Positions 1 to 12,789 of a stretch of 64,000 nucleotides of DNA are shown here, one piece after another. The DNA comes from Nageia nagi (taxonomy: Eukaryota; Plantae; Pinophyta): the NCBI GenBank assembly GCA_050084985.1, contig JBITNC010000002.1, positions 11,842,001 to 11,906,000 of the forward strand, given 5' to 3'. Made by a program: the position numbers and the translations under genes. The notes below the pieces were generated by a model. The model was not told the DNA's origin. It searched no databases and saw nothing but the letters and a program-made list of their open reading frames with translations. The first letter of the stretch is position 1; every line of letters starts with the position of its first letter.

Positions 1-1071
1 ATATTGGTATTTATATTTTAGTTAATAATAAAGTTCATATTTGTTCCAATGTGCTTTTACAATTCTAGGTCCAATTGAAGAAGGTGACACTAAAGGTGCA
101 ACATCTATAGACCCTCATGGATCATTGGGTTAATGCCCCATACACATTGTTTTGTGTACAACCAAGTTCACTACCATGCTAGAGTTGGTCTCGAAGGTGC
201 AAGAATAACCATAGTTAGGGCTCGTAAGCTCATTATCAGAGCCATTCCTATAAAAGGAATCAACATCGTTTACCACCTTATCTCTCCCAACTACCAGACT
301 AGGGCACACAAGGCTAGAATAGTAATGATAAGTTCTATTGACTTAGTCTAGCCATTTTCCCATAAAGGGACATAGAAGATGATCAAGTGGCTAAACCTAT
401 TAGCAAAGGCACCAACTTAGGATGGGATCCTTCTTTAGATTCCTAGAATGTTACTAGCTAGTGAGACCCCTCAGATTATGATCCACCAACTTCTGGTTCT
501 ATTCCTATTGTTTCTTAATTAATACACAATTAATTCATTTTGTTAATTCTTAATGGTGTTTAAGTTTTATAGGACTTGACCCTAAAGCATAAATTCAAGG
601 TGTTATTTTCTATCCACGTGCTTTTTTTTTTGTAAATACTTTATGCTATTCTTTTTTTTTTTTATTAAAGTAATATAAAATGCACTTTTTTTATAAAATA
701 AATTATATTTAATAGTTAATGAGTTTCAAAATTTGTTTACATATGTTGATCCTTAGTGGCATAGTAAACTAGTTCTTATGGATTATGTAACCATCAACCA
801 ATTTACATTCAATTGTAATGTAAAACTTCTCTTTTAAATTACTAAATCATTTGTATCATGAAACTTATATACAATAAGAATCATCAACCCTATCAAATAT
901 TAATAAAATCAAATAGTTTTAAGTGTTTGGACTTATAAATATATACCTTTAATTATTTAAATAAGCCCAACATAATAAAGCACAAAACTAAGCATGATGA
1001 CTTCTATTTGAAAAAGTTCTTTATTTTTATGCATAATTCTCTATTTCGAAGTAGATGAGATTATCCAATTA

Positions 1072-2239
1072 TGTGATGTCCCCATTGCATCATTGTAATT
1101 AATCGTAGAATCCAACAGATTCCCCCTTGTAATATATTTTATTATTACATTGTACTTTCATATTGTAGCTTAGGATAAAAGACTTAATGGGTCAATGGAC
1201 CCAACTGTGAGCCTCAAGTGGGACGTTTCCCTCCCAAGCATAGATTAGGTATTTTATTATACTTGAAGATCTCGATCTTGATTATGGGAATTTCAAGGTC
1301 TATTTTACACTTAGGTGGATGGATGGGAACTTGTATACATGCGCTAGCCTTGGGGAGACTCTTAGACTCCCACGTTGGCCCATTATGACACCTAGATCCC
1401 ACGCATGGCTCCTAAACCCACGTTAGTCATGCATAGTACTCCTACATCCCCACATTAGCATTAATGGTACTTTAGGCCCCCATGTTGGCATGCTTAACCC
1501 TTAGGCACCCACATTGGGCATACTGGGCCCCTAGGAGGCTAACGTTGGGATTAAGGAGTCGAATGATGACTCCTGGGTGAGGTCTAGACAGGGTTGAGTG
1601 TATAAAGAGACATTGGAGCCTCATTGTTGGATAAACCTGATTATACTATTATCACTTGATACCATCCTATGGACACAAGTCTTAGCAACGCTAAGCAATC
1701 CCCTAAGTGCAACATCTAGGAGGGCTATCAAGTTAAGCGATCCTGATTATCTACGACATTAGTGTAGCACCCTTTCCCATTCGGTGTTATTCTAAGTTTG
1801 AGCTTCAACCATTCAATTGGTCACCAGGATCAAAGGATAGCTCCTTCGGTGGAGAGGATTCAGGTTCTAAGGGAGCAAGGCTATCTCATGGTTCTACTTA
1901 TCCATCCAACATTGAGGATGCACAATTTGACCTAGTTGGCTCTTTGGAGGTCAATGTCTAGCTTTAGAAGCTCGATATTGTATTGTTGTGACATTCTTAT
2001 CTTCTATACATCCATTGAACACTTGGATCTCACTTTTGTGTTGTGCATACTTGTTTATTAGCATCGTTTGATTACTATGGCATGTATGTGGCATTGTGTT
2101 GATTGATATCTGCTAGTTGTAGCTAGACATTGGCATATTTACATTATTAGGGTTTGATTTGGATGCCCTAGGCCAGACATTAGGGTTTATTGAATTGAAT
2201 TTGCTTAATTGCACTTGAGTTTGTGTTTGGATCCCTACA
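1072..2239 (+). repeat. 5' LTR (family A)
   Basis: tgtgatgtcccc...ggatccctaca; colinear with 5139-6333; TATA-like tataaag near 1601; ~30-bp CCCACGTTGG array at 1369-1550. Confidence 0.92.
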
Positions 2240-4418
2240 ATGGTATCATAGCTTGGATCTGGCCAATTTGTGAATGATACTGAACGTGCATCGCTACTAC
2301 AACAGATCCAATAATCGAAGAGAGATGGAGTCCGCAAGGAAGAACGAGAAATCACATACCAAAGAGACACCTTATAGGGCCATCCACAAGGAGGATTGTA
2401 GGTAGTGGATGAATGAGGTACAAAATGAAAAAGGATGCCCCAGGGGAGAGATCTATAGTAGCTAGGGGGAGAAGCTCTACCTTGGTTCAAGATTCCACAC
2501 TCAAATGGAAGTTCAATGAACTTATTTTAGCCATCAATAGCATGATGGAGGCTATCACCACCATGCAATGGTAGTTGAATAGGCATATAGGGGTTCATGA
2601 GGAGCTTGAGAGACAAATTAACTACCCACATCCTACCAAAGATGATAGATAGGAGCTGCAGATTAACAATCAAGTATGAGGAGATCCCATAGTTTAAGAG
2701 ATTGGAAGTCTACTCACCATGGATCTATGGATCGTCCATAGCCCACATTCTTGAGATCCCATTCACACTAGGCACCATAGGGCACTAACCCTCTCTTAGG
2801 GCCTGGAGGAGGATGTTGGCAAAATGGGGGAGCAGCCCATCATTCCCAAACCGTTCAAACCTATGTTTGCTAAGAAGTCAGGAGAAGAGACAAAGAATAG
2901 GGTTCTTGGTTCATTAGAGTTGAATCAGATTTTTCAGGGAATACTCCATGTTAGATCTAGAGTTGAAGAGAGATGTCAACTTCAACGGTTGCTTGGAGAT
3001 CTTAGGGTTGAAGGGGAGTAACACACATGACCCACACACCCCAAGCAACTCGTGGGAAGATAAGAGAAACCTGCAATAGAAAATAAATAAAATGCAGGTG
3101 CATATGTATGATGGGAAGCAAATGAATGTTAGAGCTTGGTTGCATCAGCTGCAGACTTACTTCACCTTGAGCCCAAACATGGTGGAGGAGGATGCAATCC
3201 ATTTTGCATATTTACATTTTGAGGGTGATGCCCTCAAATGGTGGCAACATGGAGTGATTAGCCATGATTAATTGAACATCACCTTTTTTGATGAGTTTGC
3301 TAGATGACTGGTCAAGAGATTCGATCGAAAGAGGGAGAATGATTACTTTCGAGATATGATATCATTAAGGCAACAAGGAGTAGTGGATGAGTATGTGTCA
3401 GAGTTCTAGAAGATTACACTTATGATCCATCACATTTCGAAGGAGCGGTTGATATTCCTCTTCGTAGAGGGTTTGATGGAGCCATTGTAAGGCATGATCA
3501 AGGTATCCTCACCTAGGAGCCTTGATGATGCCATCCGGGTCGCATATGATCTAGATCCGACTATGAACTCCCTCAAGGGAGGGTATATGTACAAGGGGTT
3601 AGTCACACGGAAGTCTTTTGTCGATAAGGAAGGGCCTAGCAAGGCCAAACCAATCCCCCACCTTGAACGAACTAGTTGTACACAACTACACGAAGGAAAT
3701 TGAGGAAGGCAAGTGCTTCTACTGCAAGAAGACTTGGGAGCTAGGGCATTATTGTCAAGGTAAGGAACAAGTGCATTACATTTTCAGAGGATGAGTCGGA
3801 TGATTCAGATTTGGATTTGGGAGTGGACATCTTATATCAGGAGGCACCAAGAGCAAAGGGCACATTGGGGAGAATGATTGCTTCACTACATGGGGTGAAA
3901 AAGTACCTCACATTGAAGGTTGTGAGGCAAGCAGGTGGACAAGATTGGATGGTCTTGATCGATCCAGGAGCATCCCATAACTTCATCGATGCAAGCTTTA
4001 TGGAAAAGAAGAATCTGAAGGCCAAAGGTTTCGAAGGATTTAGAGTTTCCAATGCCAACGGGAAACTCTAAATCCTTCGAACCACATCGTTGAGAAGTTT
4101 GGATTAAGGTTGTAAAGTTGGATGGTGAGGGAGAACTTCTATGTCTATCCCATGAAGGGACATCCTCACATTATTTTGGGAGTGCAATGGTTGTTTGAAT
4201 TGGGTGACATTCACACTAATTATTAGAAACTCACTTTGAGTTTCGAGATCGATGGGAAGACCCATACACTACAGGGGATTTGAGATGATTGTCTACAGGT
4301 GGACAATAAGCATCGACAGGTAATTGAATGGTGCCAAAAGGAGGAAGTAGAGATGGGGCCACATTGGATGAGGATGGGATCTGATAGGAGAAGAGGAGCA
4401 TTGGGGAACTCCCATACC

Positions 4419-4808
4419 CCATGTTGCATTCCAGAGAGCTTGGAGGGGCTATGTTGGGCTTAGAATACCTTTTGCACTGCACATTAGACCTTGGGGAGGT
4501 AAGATCTCTCACGTTGTGCCTTGGAGATGGTTTCCACCCCACAGTGACCCTTGGAGAGGTTGGACATTTCACGTTGGGCTTTGGAGGAGCTAAGCACCCC
4601 ACGTTGAGCCTCAAAGAGGATGGTCACCCAACGTTCGGCATGAGGGAGGCTGTATTCCCCTCATGGAGCATTGTTGAGCTAGGGAGTGGGATGTTAAGAT
4701 TGGTGGAGGTCTATTACCCCATATTAGACGTGGGAAGGTCTTCATTGATGATGTTGAGCCAACTAGCAGCTTGGTACCCCACTTTGATCTTGGGGGAGTT
4801 TCGACCTT
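4419..4808 (+). repeat. Degenerate 30-bp tandem array (~13 units), read as a 10-aa repeat ORF (4421-4912)
   Basis: Units such as tcacgttgggctttggaggagctaagcacc; translation TLDLGEVRSL/TLCLGDGFHP/TVTLGEVGHF/TLGFGGAKHP/TLSLKEDGHP. Confidence 0.8.
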
Positions 4809-5138
4809 ATCTATGGAGCAAGGGCTCTGCTTGTTTAAATTTACCCATGATTTACTTGAGATTTTTGCAGGTACATCCCTACAAAGGTACAAAAACAACC
4901 CATGTGTATTGAGGATGACCATGGAGCAGTTGATGAGGAGTGATAGTTACAAGAAACCAATGTTTGCATGTTACATAGATGTATGGATATGAGGCTTCAA
5001 CAATCTGCATCACACTACCATCTTAGTTGCATTCCACCATGGAAGACCACAACCATCAAGACTGAAGGATTCTTGGAAGATAACATGTTGCAGTCTTCTC
5101 TTATTGCTTGAGGGTGAGCAATTCGAGAGGGGAGGCTT

Positions 5139-6333
5139 TGTGACCTCCCCCTTACATGATTGTAATTAATTATGGAATCCAACAGATTCCTCTTGTAATA
5201 TATTTTATTATTGCATTGTACTTTCATATTGTAGCTTGGGATAAAAGACTTAATGGATCAATGGATCCCACTATGAACCCCAAGTGGGAAGTCTCCCTCC
5301 CAAGCATAGATTAGGTGTTTTATTATACTTGGAGATCTCGATCTTGATTATGGGAATCCCAAAGTCTGTTTTACAATTAGGTGGATAGATGGGCACTTGC
5401 ATACATGCGCCAACCTTTGGGGAGACTCCTCAACCCCCATGTTGGCCCATTATGAAATCTAGATCCCACACATGGCTCCTAGACCCATGTTGGGCATGTG
5501 TGGCACTCCTAGACACCCACATTAGCATTAATGGCACTTCAGGTCCCCACGTTGGCATTCTTAACCCTTAGGCATCCATGTTGGGCATACTAGGCTCCTA
5601 GGAGGCTAATGTTGGGATTAAGAAGTTAGGTGATGACTCCTAGGTGATATCCAGATACGGTTGAGTGGACAAAGAGACATTGGAGCCTCATTGTTGGATA
5701 TACCTGATTATACTATTATCTCTTGATATCGTAAAAGTAGACACAAGTCTTAGCAATGCTAAGCAATCCCCTAGGTTCAGCATCTAGGAGGGCTATCAGG
5801 TTGAGGGATCCTGATTACCTACGACATTGGTGTAGCACCCTTGCCCATTCGATGGTATTTTGAGGTTGAGCTTCTACCATTCATGGTCGCAAGGATCATA
5901 GGAAGGCTCCTTCGATGGAGAGGATTCAGGTTTTGAGGGAGCAAAGCTATCTCAAGGTTTTGCTTGTCCGTCCAGAATTAAGGATACACAATTTGCCCTA
6001 CTTGGCTCCTTGGAGGCCAACATCCAGCTTTGGGAGCTCAATATTGTATTGTTGTGACATTCATATCTTCTATACAACCGTTGGGCACTTGGATCTCACT
6101 TTTGTGTTGTGTATACTTATCTATTGGCATTGTTTGATTACTTTAGCATGTATGTGTTTGAATGAACCAGACATTGGCATTGTGGGATTGTGTTGAATGA
6201 TATTTGCTAGTTGTATCTAGACATTGGCATATTTGCATTATTGGGGTTTGATTTGGATGCCCTAGGTCAGACGCTAGGGTTTATTGAATTGAATTCGCTT
6301 AATTGCACTTGAGTTTGTGTTTGGATCCTTACA
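5139..6333 (+). repeat. 3' LTR (family A)
   Basis: tgtgacctcccc...ggatccttaca; many substitutions relative to the 5' LTR, so an old insertion. Confidence 0.92.
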
Positions 6334-7066
6334 AATTATTCATCAATTCATATCATACAACTATTTGAAAATGTTATCAAATATTTTATTTTGATGATAT
6401 CACATTGGTTAGAGAAAACAAATTTCATGTACATAAAATTGAAAAATGTTTATTTGTAAGGTTGGGATGGCAATGCAATTCCATTTGAAATATGTGTAAT
6501 ACCTAGATTGATTAGATCCTAAGCAACATAGAACTTGGATGTTCTTAATAAAATTGACTAGCAACGAAATCTTAAGCTCTAAATAAAAAATAAAATCAAC
6601 CTGAACAATCTCTTTCACATGAAATTAATTTATTATTCATTAGAAAGAATATTATCAAAGATTTCATAGCAATCATGCATGCATAGAACACAAGTAAAAT
6701 CCTTGTGTCATATTTGTTTACAAAATATTCATGCACCATATCATTGCAATGGGAAACACATCTTATAGATATTTGAAATTTTGATGAGTCATGCTTAACT
6801 ATTTATGTTCTATGTGAGTTCAATTGTCAAAACAATTTCCAAAACATAGAAATATTTATTTATAAAAAGTTTTTAACTTGTTGCTAGGTCTCTTTTTGAA
6901 ATTTATTGTAGTCTATATTGAGTCTTAAGGCAAATTTATTAGTATTTTCTCTTAAATCATAGAGGACTAATGAATATTTTTATAGCAAGGTTTGAGGAAT
7001 TACTTTAGAGCCACTTCTTACTCCTATATAAATGTGTGGATTTGAGCTTTCAATATCATTTCAATC

Positions 7067-7352
7067 AAAGCTATTACCATATCTTTTGATTTCAGATACC
7101 TTATCAATTATGAGATTCATGGAGATAGTGTATCTTTGGCTTTTACCTCAAGGAAGCAATTAAAGTTATTACCATATCTTTTGATTTTAGGTACCTTATC
7201 AATTGTGAGATTCATGGAGATAGTGTATCTTTGGCTTTTACCTCAAGGAAGCAATTAAAGCTATTACCATATATTTTGATTTTAGGTACCTTATCAATAA
7301 TGAGATTCATGGAGATAGTGTATCTTTGGCTTTTTCCTTAAGGAAGCAATTA
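7067..7352. repeat. Three tandem copies of a 95-bp unit
   Basis: aaagctattaccatatcttttgattt...caaggaagcaatt starting at 7067, 7162 and 7257. Confidence 0.92.
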
Positions 7353-10300
7353 GTCACAAGCACTATAATATGCATGTGATCTCCAAAGATTCCAAATGAT
7401 TTACTTCTTTCTTCTCTATTCTTTCTTTTGTTAGAGATAGAAAGTGGCACTTTGAGGCTATTAAGACTTAGGTTGATGAGAAACTAATGTGAACATGTCT
7501 CTCTTCATATGTTGCTACTAGTGAAACTAATGACACCATGTCTCTCTTCATATTGCTTCTAGTGTCGTGATCCTCCCTAGTTAGGTAGGGTGATGAAGTC
7601 CCCTCGCTCTTTGCCAATCCATGCCAACTTCCTTGTCTTGTTTACCATGCACTTTAAATGTACATGCATTATCAAGTACATATCATCTTCTACAAGATCC
7701 GTTGTTTTGGATGGAAGACAAATCTGAGTGTCATGAGATGTATCCCCCTAAGATTGCCCAACTAGGTCCACTGAATTGCAGTCACTCTCTAACAAGCATT
7801 ATCATATTATGTGCAAGCTTTTTGCATGTTGATTGATGAGGACAATGCACAACCTATTTTTCAACACTAAAATACATCCCACTTTGCCTTATGCATTGTT
7901 CTTTTTGGAGTTATTACATACTAGTCAAATGCTTATTGTATATTGTTTTCATTCAATTATCTTTATCTTTTTATTTTTTTGATAAAATGCCATTTTTCGG
8001 TTCCTACAATTGATTTTTATAAACATTCATTTTTTTGTCGAGTCACATAGTCCTACAACAATAAATTTTATTCCTTCCTTAGACTAATTGACCCTAATAA
8101 CCACCTTCACACTTTGCCAAATATGTATAATCTATACCAAAGATAGCAAATGTCGATTTAGTTGTGTAGTTATGATAATCACCACAAAGTTCCCTGATCC
8201 TTGTTTTGACTTACTTTCCTAATCGCTATCTCATTCACACAAACATGGAATCAAGTAAACATGCTACTTTGGGTCCGTTCAAGTTCAACATCATACTGCA
8301 TAGAGAAAACTCTCTTGCAGTTGCACATTCTAATTGTTTTTCCTTAGCAGAGAATTGAATGGTTGTACAAATTGTTGCCTATGGCACCCCTATAGTAATA
8401 TCTTCTGGTCTGTTACTTTGAATAAAACATCATTATGGCATGGATGAACACACGTTGCCAAGTCCCAACTTCACTTTCATTTTCATGCAGATGAGACCAA
8501 ATTCTTCACTATCTTAATCTGCATACCTTATCTCTTTTGTCACACACTTCTTGAATTTCCCATACATAATAGGAAGTTGGAGTAGAAGGAATTCTAAATG
8601 CATTATAGAATAACTAGGAAAAGTATAAGCGTATATGTTTTTGGGACTTCTACATTGTCCTGTAGATAATTTAGGTTTTCTTATACACTAGGATTGCTAG
8701 TAGAAATTTGTAAATATTGCAACTCAGTATTATGTTGCTTTCTTTCACAAATGCTAGGTGTTTTGGTTAAATCATGAGAACTGAATAACTCATGTTGGAG
8801 CCCAAATATACATAATCAGGAAATGTGAAGTGTTATAACATCATAGCTTGAAAATTTTGAATTTAGTTTAAAACAAATGACAAGGTTAATATACTGAATA
8901 GCTTGCTCTCGAATAGTTCATAAAAAATTGCAAAGCTTATCTCCACTTAGCCTCCTATAGAAATGCTAAGTAAATGACAAGGTTAATATCTTTTGATTTT
9001 AGGTACCTTATCAATTGTGAGATTCATGGAGATAGTGTATCTTTGGCTTTTACCTCAAGGAAGCAATTAAAGCTATTACCATATCTTTTGATATTAGGTA
9101 CCTTATCAATAATGAGATTCATGGAGATAGTGTATCTTTGGCTTTTTCCTTAAGGAAGCAATTAGTCACAAGCACTATAATATGCATGTGATCTCCAATG
9201 ATTCCAAATGATTTACTTCTTTCTTCTCTATTCTTTCTTTTGTTAGAGATAGAAAGTGGCACTTTGAGGCTATTAAGACTTAGGTTGATGAGAAACTAAT
9301 GTGAACATGTCTCTCTTCATATGTTGCTACTAGTGAAACTAATGACACCATGTCTCTCTTCCTATTGCTTCTAGTGTCGTGATCCTCCCTAGTTGGGTAG
9401 GGTGATGAAGTCCCTCGCTCTTTGCCAATCCATGCCAACTTCCTTGTCTTGTTTACCATGCACTTTAAATGTACATGCATTATCATGTACATATCATCTT
9501 CTACAAGATCCTTTGTTTTGGATGGAAGACAAATCTGAGTGTCATGAGATGTATCCCCATAAGATTGCCCAACTAGGTCCACTGAATTGTAGTCACTCTC
9601 TAACAAGCATTATCATATTATGTGCAAGCTTTTTGCATGTTGATTGATGAGGACAATGCACAACCTATTTTTCAACACTAAAATACATCCCACTTTGCCT
9701 TATGCATTGTTCTTTTTGGAGTTATTACATATTAGTCAAATGCTAATTGTATATTGTTTTCATTCAATTATCTTTATCTTTTATTTTTTTGATAAAATGC
9801 CATTTTTCGGTTCCTACAATTGATTTTTATAAACATTCATTTTTTTGTCGAGTCACATAGTCCTACAACAATAAATTTTATTCCTTCCTTAGACTAATTG
9901 ACCCTAATAACCACCTTCACACTTTGCCAAATATGTATAATCTATACCAACGATAGCAAATGTCGATTTAGTTGTGTAGTTATGATGATCACCACAAAGT
10001 TCCCTGATCCTTGTTTTGACTTACTTTCCTAATCACTATCTCATTCACACAAACATGGAATCAAGTAAACATGCTGCTTTGGGTCCATTCAAGTTCAACA
10101 TCATACTGCATAGAGAAAACTCTCTTGCAGTTGCACATTCTAATTGTTTTTCCTTAGCAGAGAATTGAATGGTAGTACAAATTGTTGCCTATGGCACCCC
10201 TATAGTAATATCTTCTGGTCTGTTACTTTGAATAAAACATCATTATGGCATGGATGAACACACGTTGCCAAGTCCCAACTTCACTTTCATTTTCATGCAG

Positions 10301-12609
10301 ATGAGACCAAATTCTTTACTATCTTAATCTGCATACCTTATCTCTTTTGTCACACACTTCTTGAATTTCCCATACATAATAGGAAGTTGGAGTAGAAGGA
10401 ATTCTGAATGCATTATAGAATAACTAGGAAAAGTATAAGCGTATATGTTTTTGGGACTTCTACATTGTCCTGTAGATAATTTAGGTTTTCTTATACACTA
10501 GGATTGCTAGTAGAAATTTGTAAATATTGCAACTCAGTATTATGTTGCTTTCTTTCACAAATGCTAGGTGTTTTGGTTAAATCATGAGAACTGAATAACT
10601 CATGTTGGAGCCCAAATATACATAATCAGGAAATGTGAAGTATTATAACATCATAGCTTGAAAATTTTGAATTTAGTTTAAAACAAATGACAAGGTTAAT
10701 ATAATGAATAGCTTGCTATCGAATAGTTCATAAAAAATTGCAAAGCTTATCTCCACTTAGCCTCCTATAGAAATGCTAAGTAAATGACAAGGTTAATATC
10801 TTTTGATTTTAGGTACCTTATCAATTGTGAGATTCATGGAGATAGTATATCTTTGGCTTTTACCTCAAGGAAGCAATTAAAGCTATTACCATATCTTTTG
10901 ATATTAGGTACCTTATCAATAATGAGATTCATGGAGATAGTGTATCTTTGGCTTTTTCCTTAAGGAAGCAATTAGTCACAAGCACTATAATATGCATGTG
11001 ATCTCCAAAGATTCCAAATGATTTACTTCTTTCTTCTCTATTCTTTCTTTTGTTAGAGATAGAAAGTGGCACTTTGAGGCTATTAAGACTTAGGTTGATG
11101 AGAAACTAATGTGAACATGTCTCTCTTCATATGTTGCTACTAGTGAAACTAATGACACCATGTCTCTCTTCCTATTGCTTCTAGTGTCGTGATCCTCCCT
11201 AGTTAGGTAGGGTGATGAAGTCCCCTCGCTCTTTGCCAATCCATGCCAACTTCCTTGTCTTGTTTACCATGCACTTTAAATGTACATGCATTATCATGTA
11301 CATATCATCTTCTACAAGATCCTTTGTTTTGGATGGAAGACAAATCTGAGTGTCATGAGATGTATCCCCCTAAGATTGCCCAACTAGGTCCACTGAATTG
11401 CAGTCACTCTCTAACAAGCATTATCATATTATGTACAAGCTTTTTGCATGTTGATTGATGAGGACAATGTACAACCTATTTTTCAACACTAAAATACATC
11501 CCACTTTGCCTTATGCATTGTTCTTTTTGGAGTTATTACATATTAGTCAAATGCTTATTGTATATGTTTTCATTCAATTGTCTTCATCTTTTTATTTTTT
11601 TGATAAAATGCCATTTTTCGGTTCCTACAATTGATTTTTATAAACATTCATTTTTTTGTCGAGTCACATAGTCCTACAACAATAAATTTTATTCCTTCCT
11701 TAGACTAATTGACCCTAATAACCACCTTCACACTTTGCCAAATATGTATAATCTATACCAAAGATAGCAAATGTCGATTTAGTTGTGTAGTTATGATAAT
11801 CACCACAAAGTTCCCTGATCCTTGTTTTGACTTACTTTCCTAATCGCTATCTCATTCACACAAACATGGAATCAAGTAAACATGCTGCTTTGGGTCCGTT
11901 CAAGTTCAACATCATACTGCATAGAGAAAACTCTCTTGCAGTTGCACATTCTAATTGTTTTTCCTTAGCAGAGAATTGAATGGTAGTACAAATTGTTGCC
12001 TATGGCACCCCTATAGTAATATCTTCTGGTCTGTTACTTTGAATAAAACATCATTATGGCATGATGAACACACGTTGCCAAGTCCCAACTTCACTTTCAT
12101 TTTCATGCAAATGAGACCAAATTCTTTACTATCTTAATCTGCATACCTTATCTCTTTTGTCACACACTTCTTGAATTTCCCATACATAATAGGAAATTGG
12201 AGTAGAAGGAATTCTGAATGCATTATAGAATAACTAGGAAAAGTATAAGCGTATATGTTTTTGGGACTTCTACATTGTCCTGTAGATAATTTAGGTTTTC
12301 TTATACACTAGGATTGCTAGTAGAAATTTGTAAATATTGCAACTCAGTATTATGTTGCTTTCTTTCACAAATGCTAGGTGTTTTGGTTAAATCATGAGAA
12401 CTGAATAACTCATGTTGGAGCCCAAATATACATAATCAGGAAATGTGAAGTGTTATAACATCATAGCTTGAAAATTTTGAATTTAGTTTAAAACAAATGA
12501 CAAGGTTAATATACTGAATAGCTTGCTCTCGAATAGTTCATAAAAAATTGCAAAGCTTATCTCCACTTAGCCTCCTATAGAAATGCTAAGTAAATGACAA
12601 GGTTAATAT
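7174..12609. repeat. Three near-identical tandem copies of a ~1.81-kb unit covering the NDB 3' UTR/downstream region
   Basis: Units start at 7174, 8986 and 10796; junctions share ATAT microhomology; only scattered SNPs and 1-bp indels between copies. Confidence 0.96.
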
Positions 12610-12701
12610 AGTGCGAAGTTTGCTCTCGAATAGTTTAAAACAAATGACAAGTCTTTAGGATTTACACGCTAAAGGAACAGGCAGGATAATTGCAGTCTGT
12701 T

Positions 12702-12789
12702 TTATATTCGGCTTGAATCCCTTCCAAAGATTGCTCTCTTTGTCCAATCAAAGATTACCAATACTCTTGTGCGCCAGCTAACTTGCTTA
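12702..12789 (-). CDS. NDB last coding exon ([29 protein letters not shown])
   Basis: Acceptor acacag|; stop TAA at 12702-12704. Confidence 0.95.

Larger units (their letters stand above)
1072..6333 (+). mobile_element. Complete non-autonomous Ty3/gypsy (chromovirus-like) LTR retrotransposon, degenerate gag-protease, no RT/RH
   Basis: LTRs 1072-2239 and 5139-6333 (TG...CA); 5-bp TSD AATTA (1067-1071 / 6334-6338); PBS tggtatcatagc 2241-2252; PPT gagaggggagg just before 5139; gag (AWLHQLQTYF...ALKWWQ), Zn knuckle CFYCKKTWELGHYC and protease LIDPGASHNFI, all broken by stops and frameshifts. Confidence 0.93.

Noticed and set aside
7621-11458. Three near-identical short ORFs (MPTSLSCLPC...) as a small gene cluster
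   Set aside because: They recur only because of the 1.81-kb triplication. No recognisable domain, and the opposite-strand ORF is open in only one copy.
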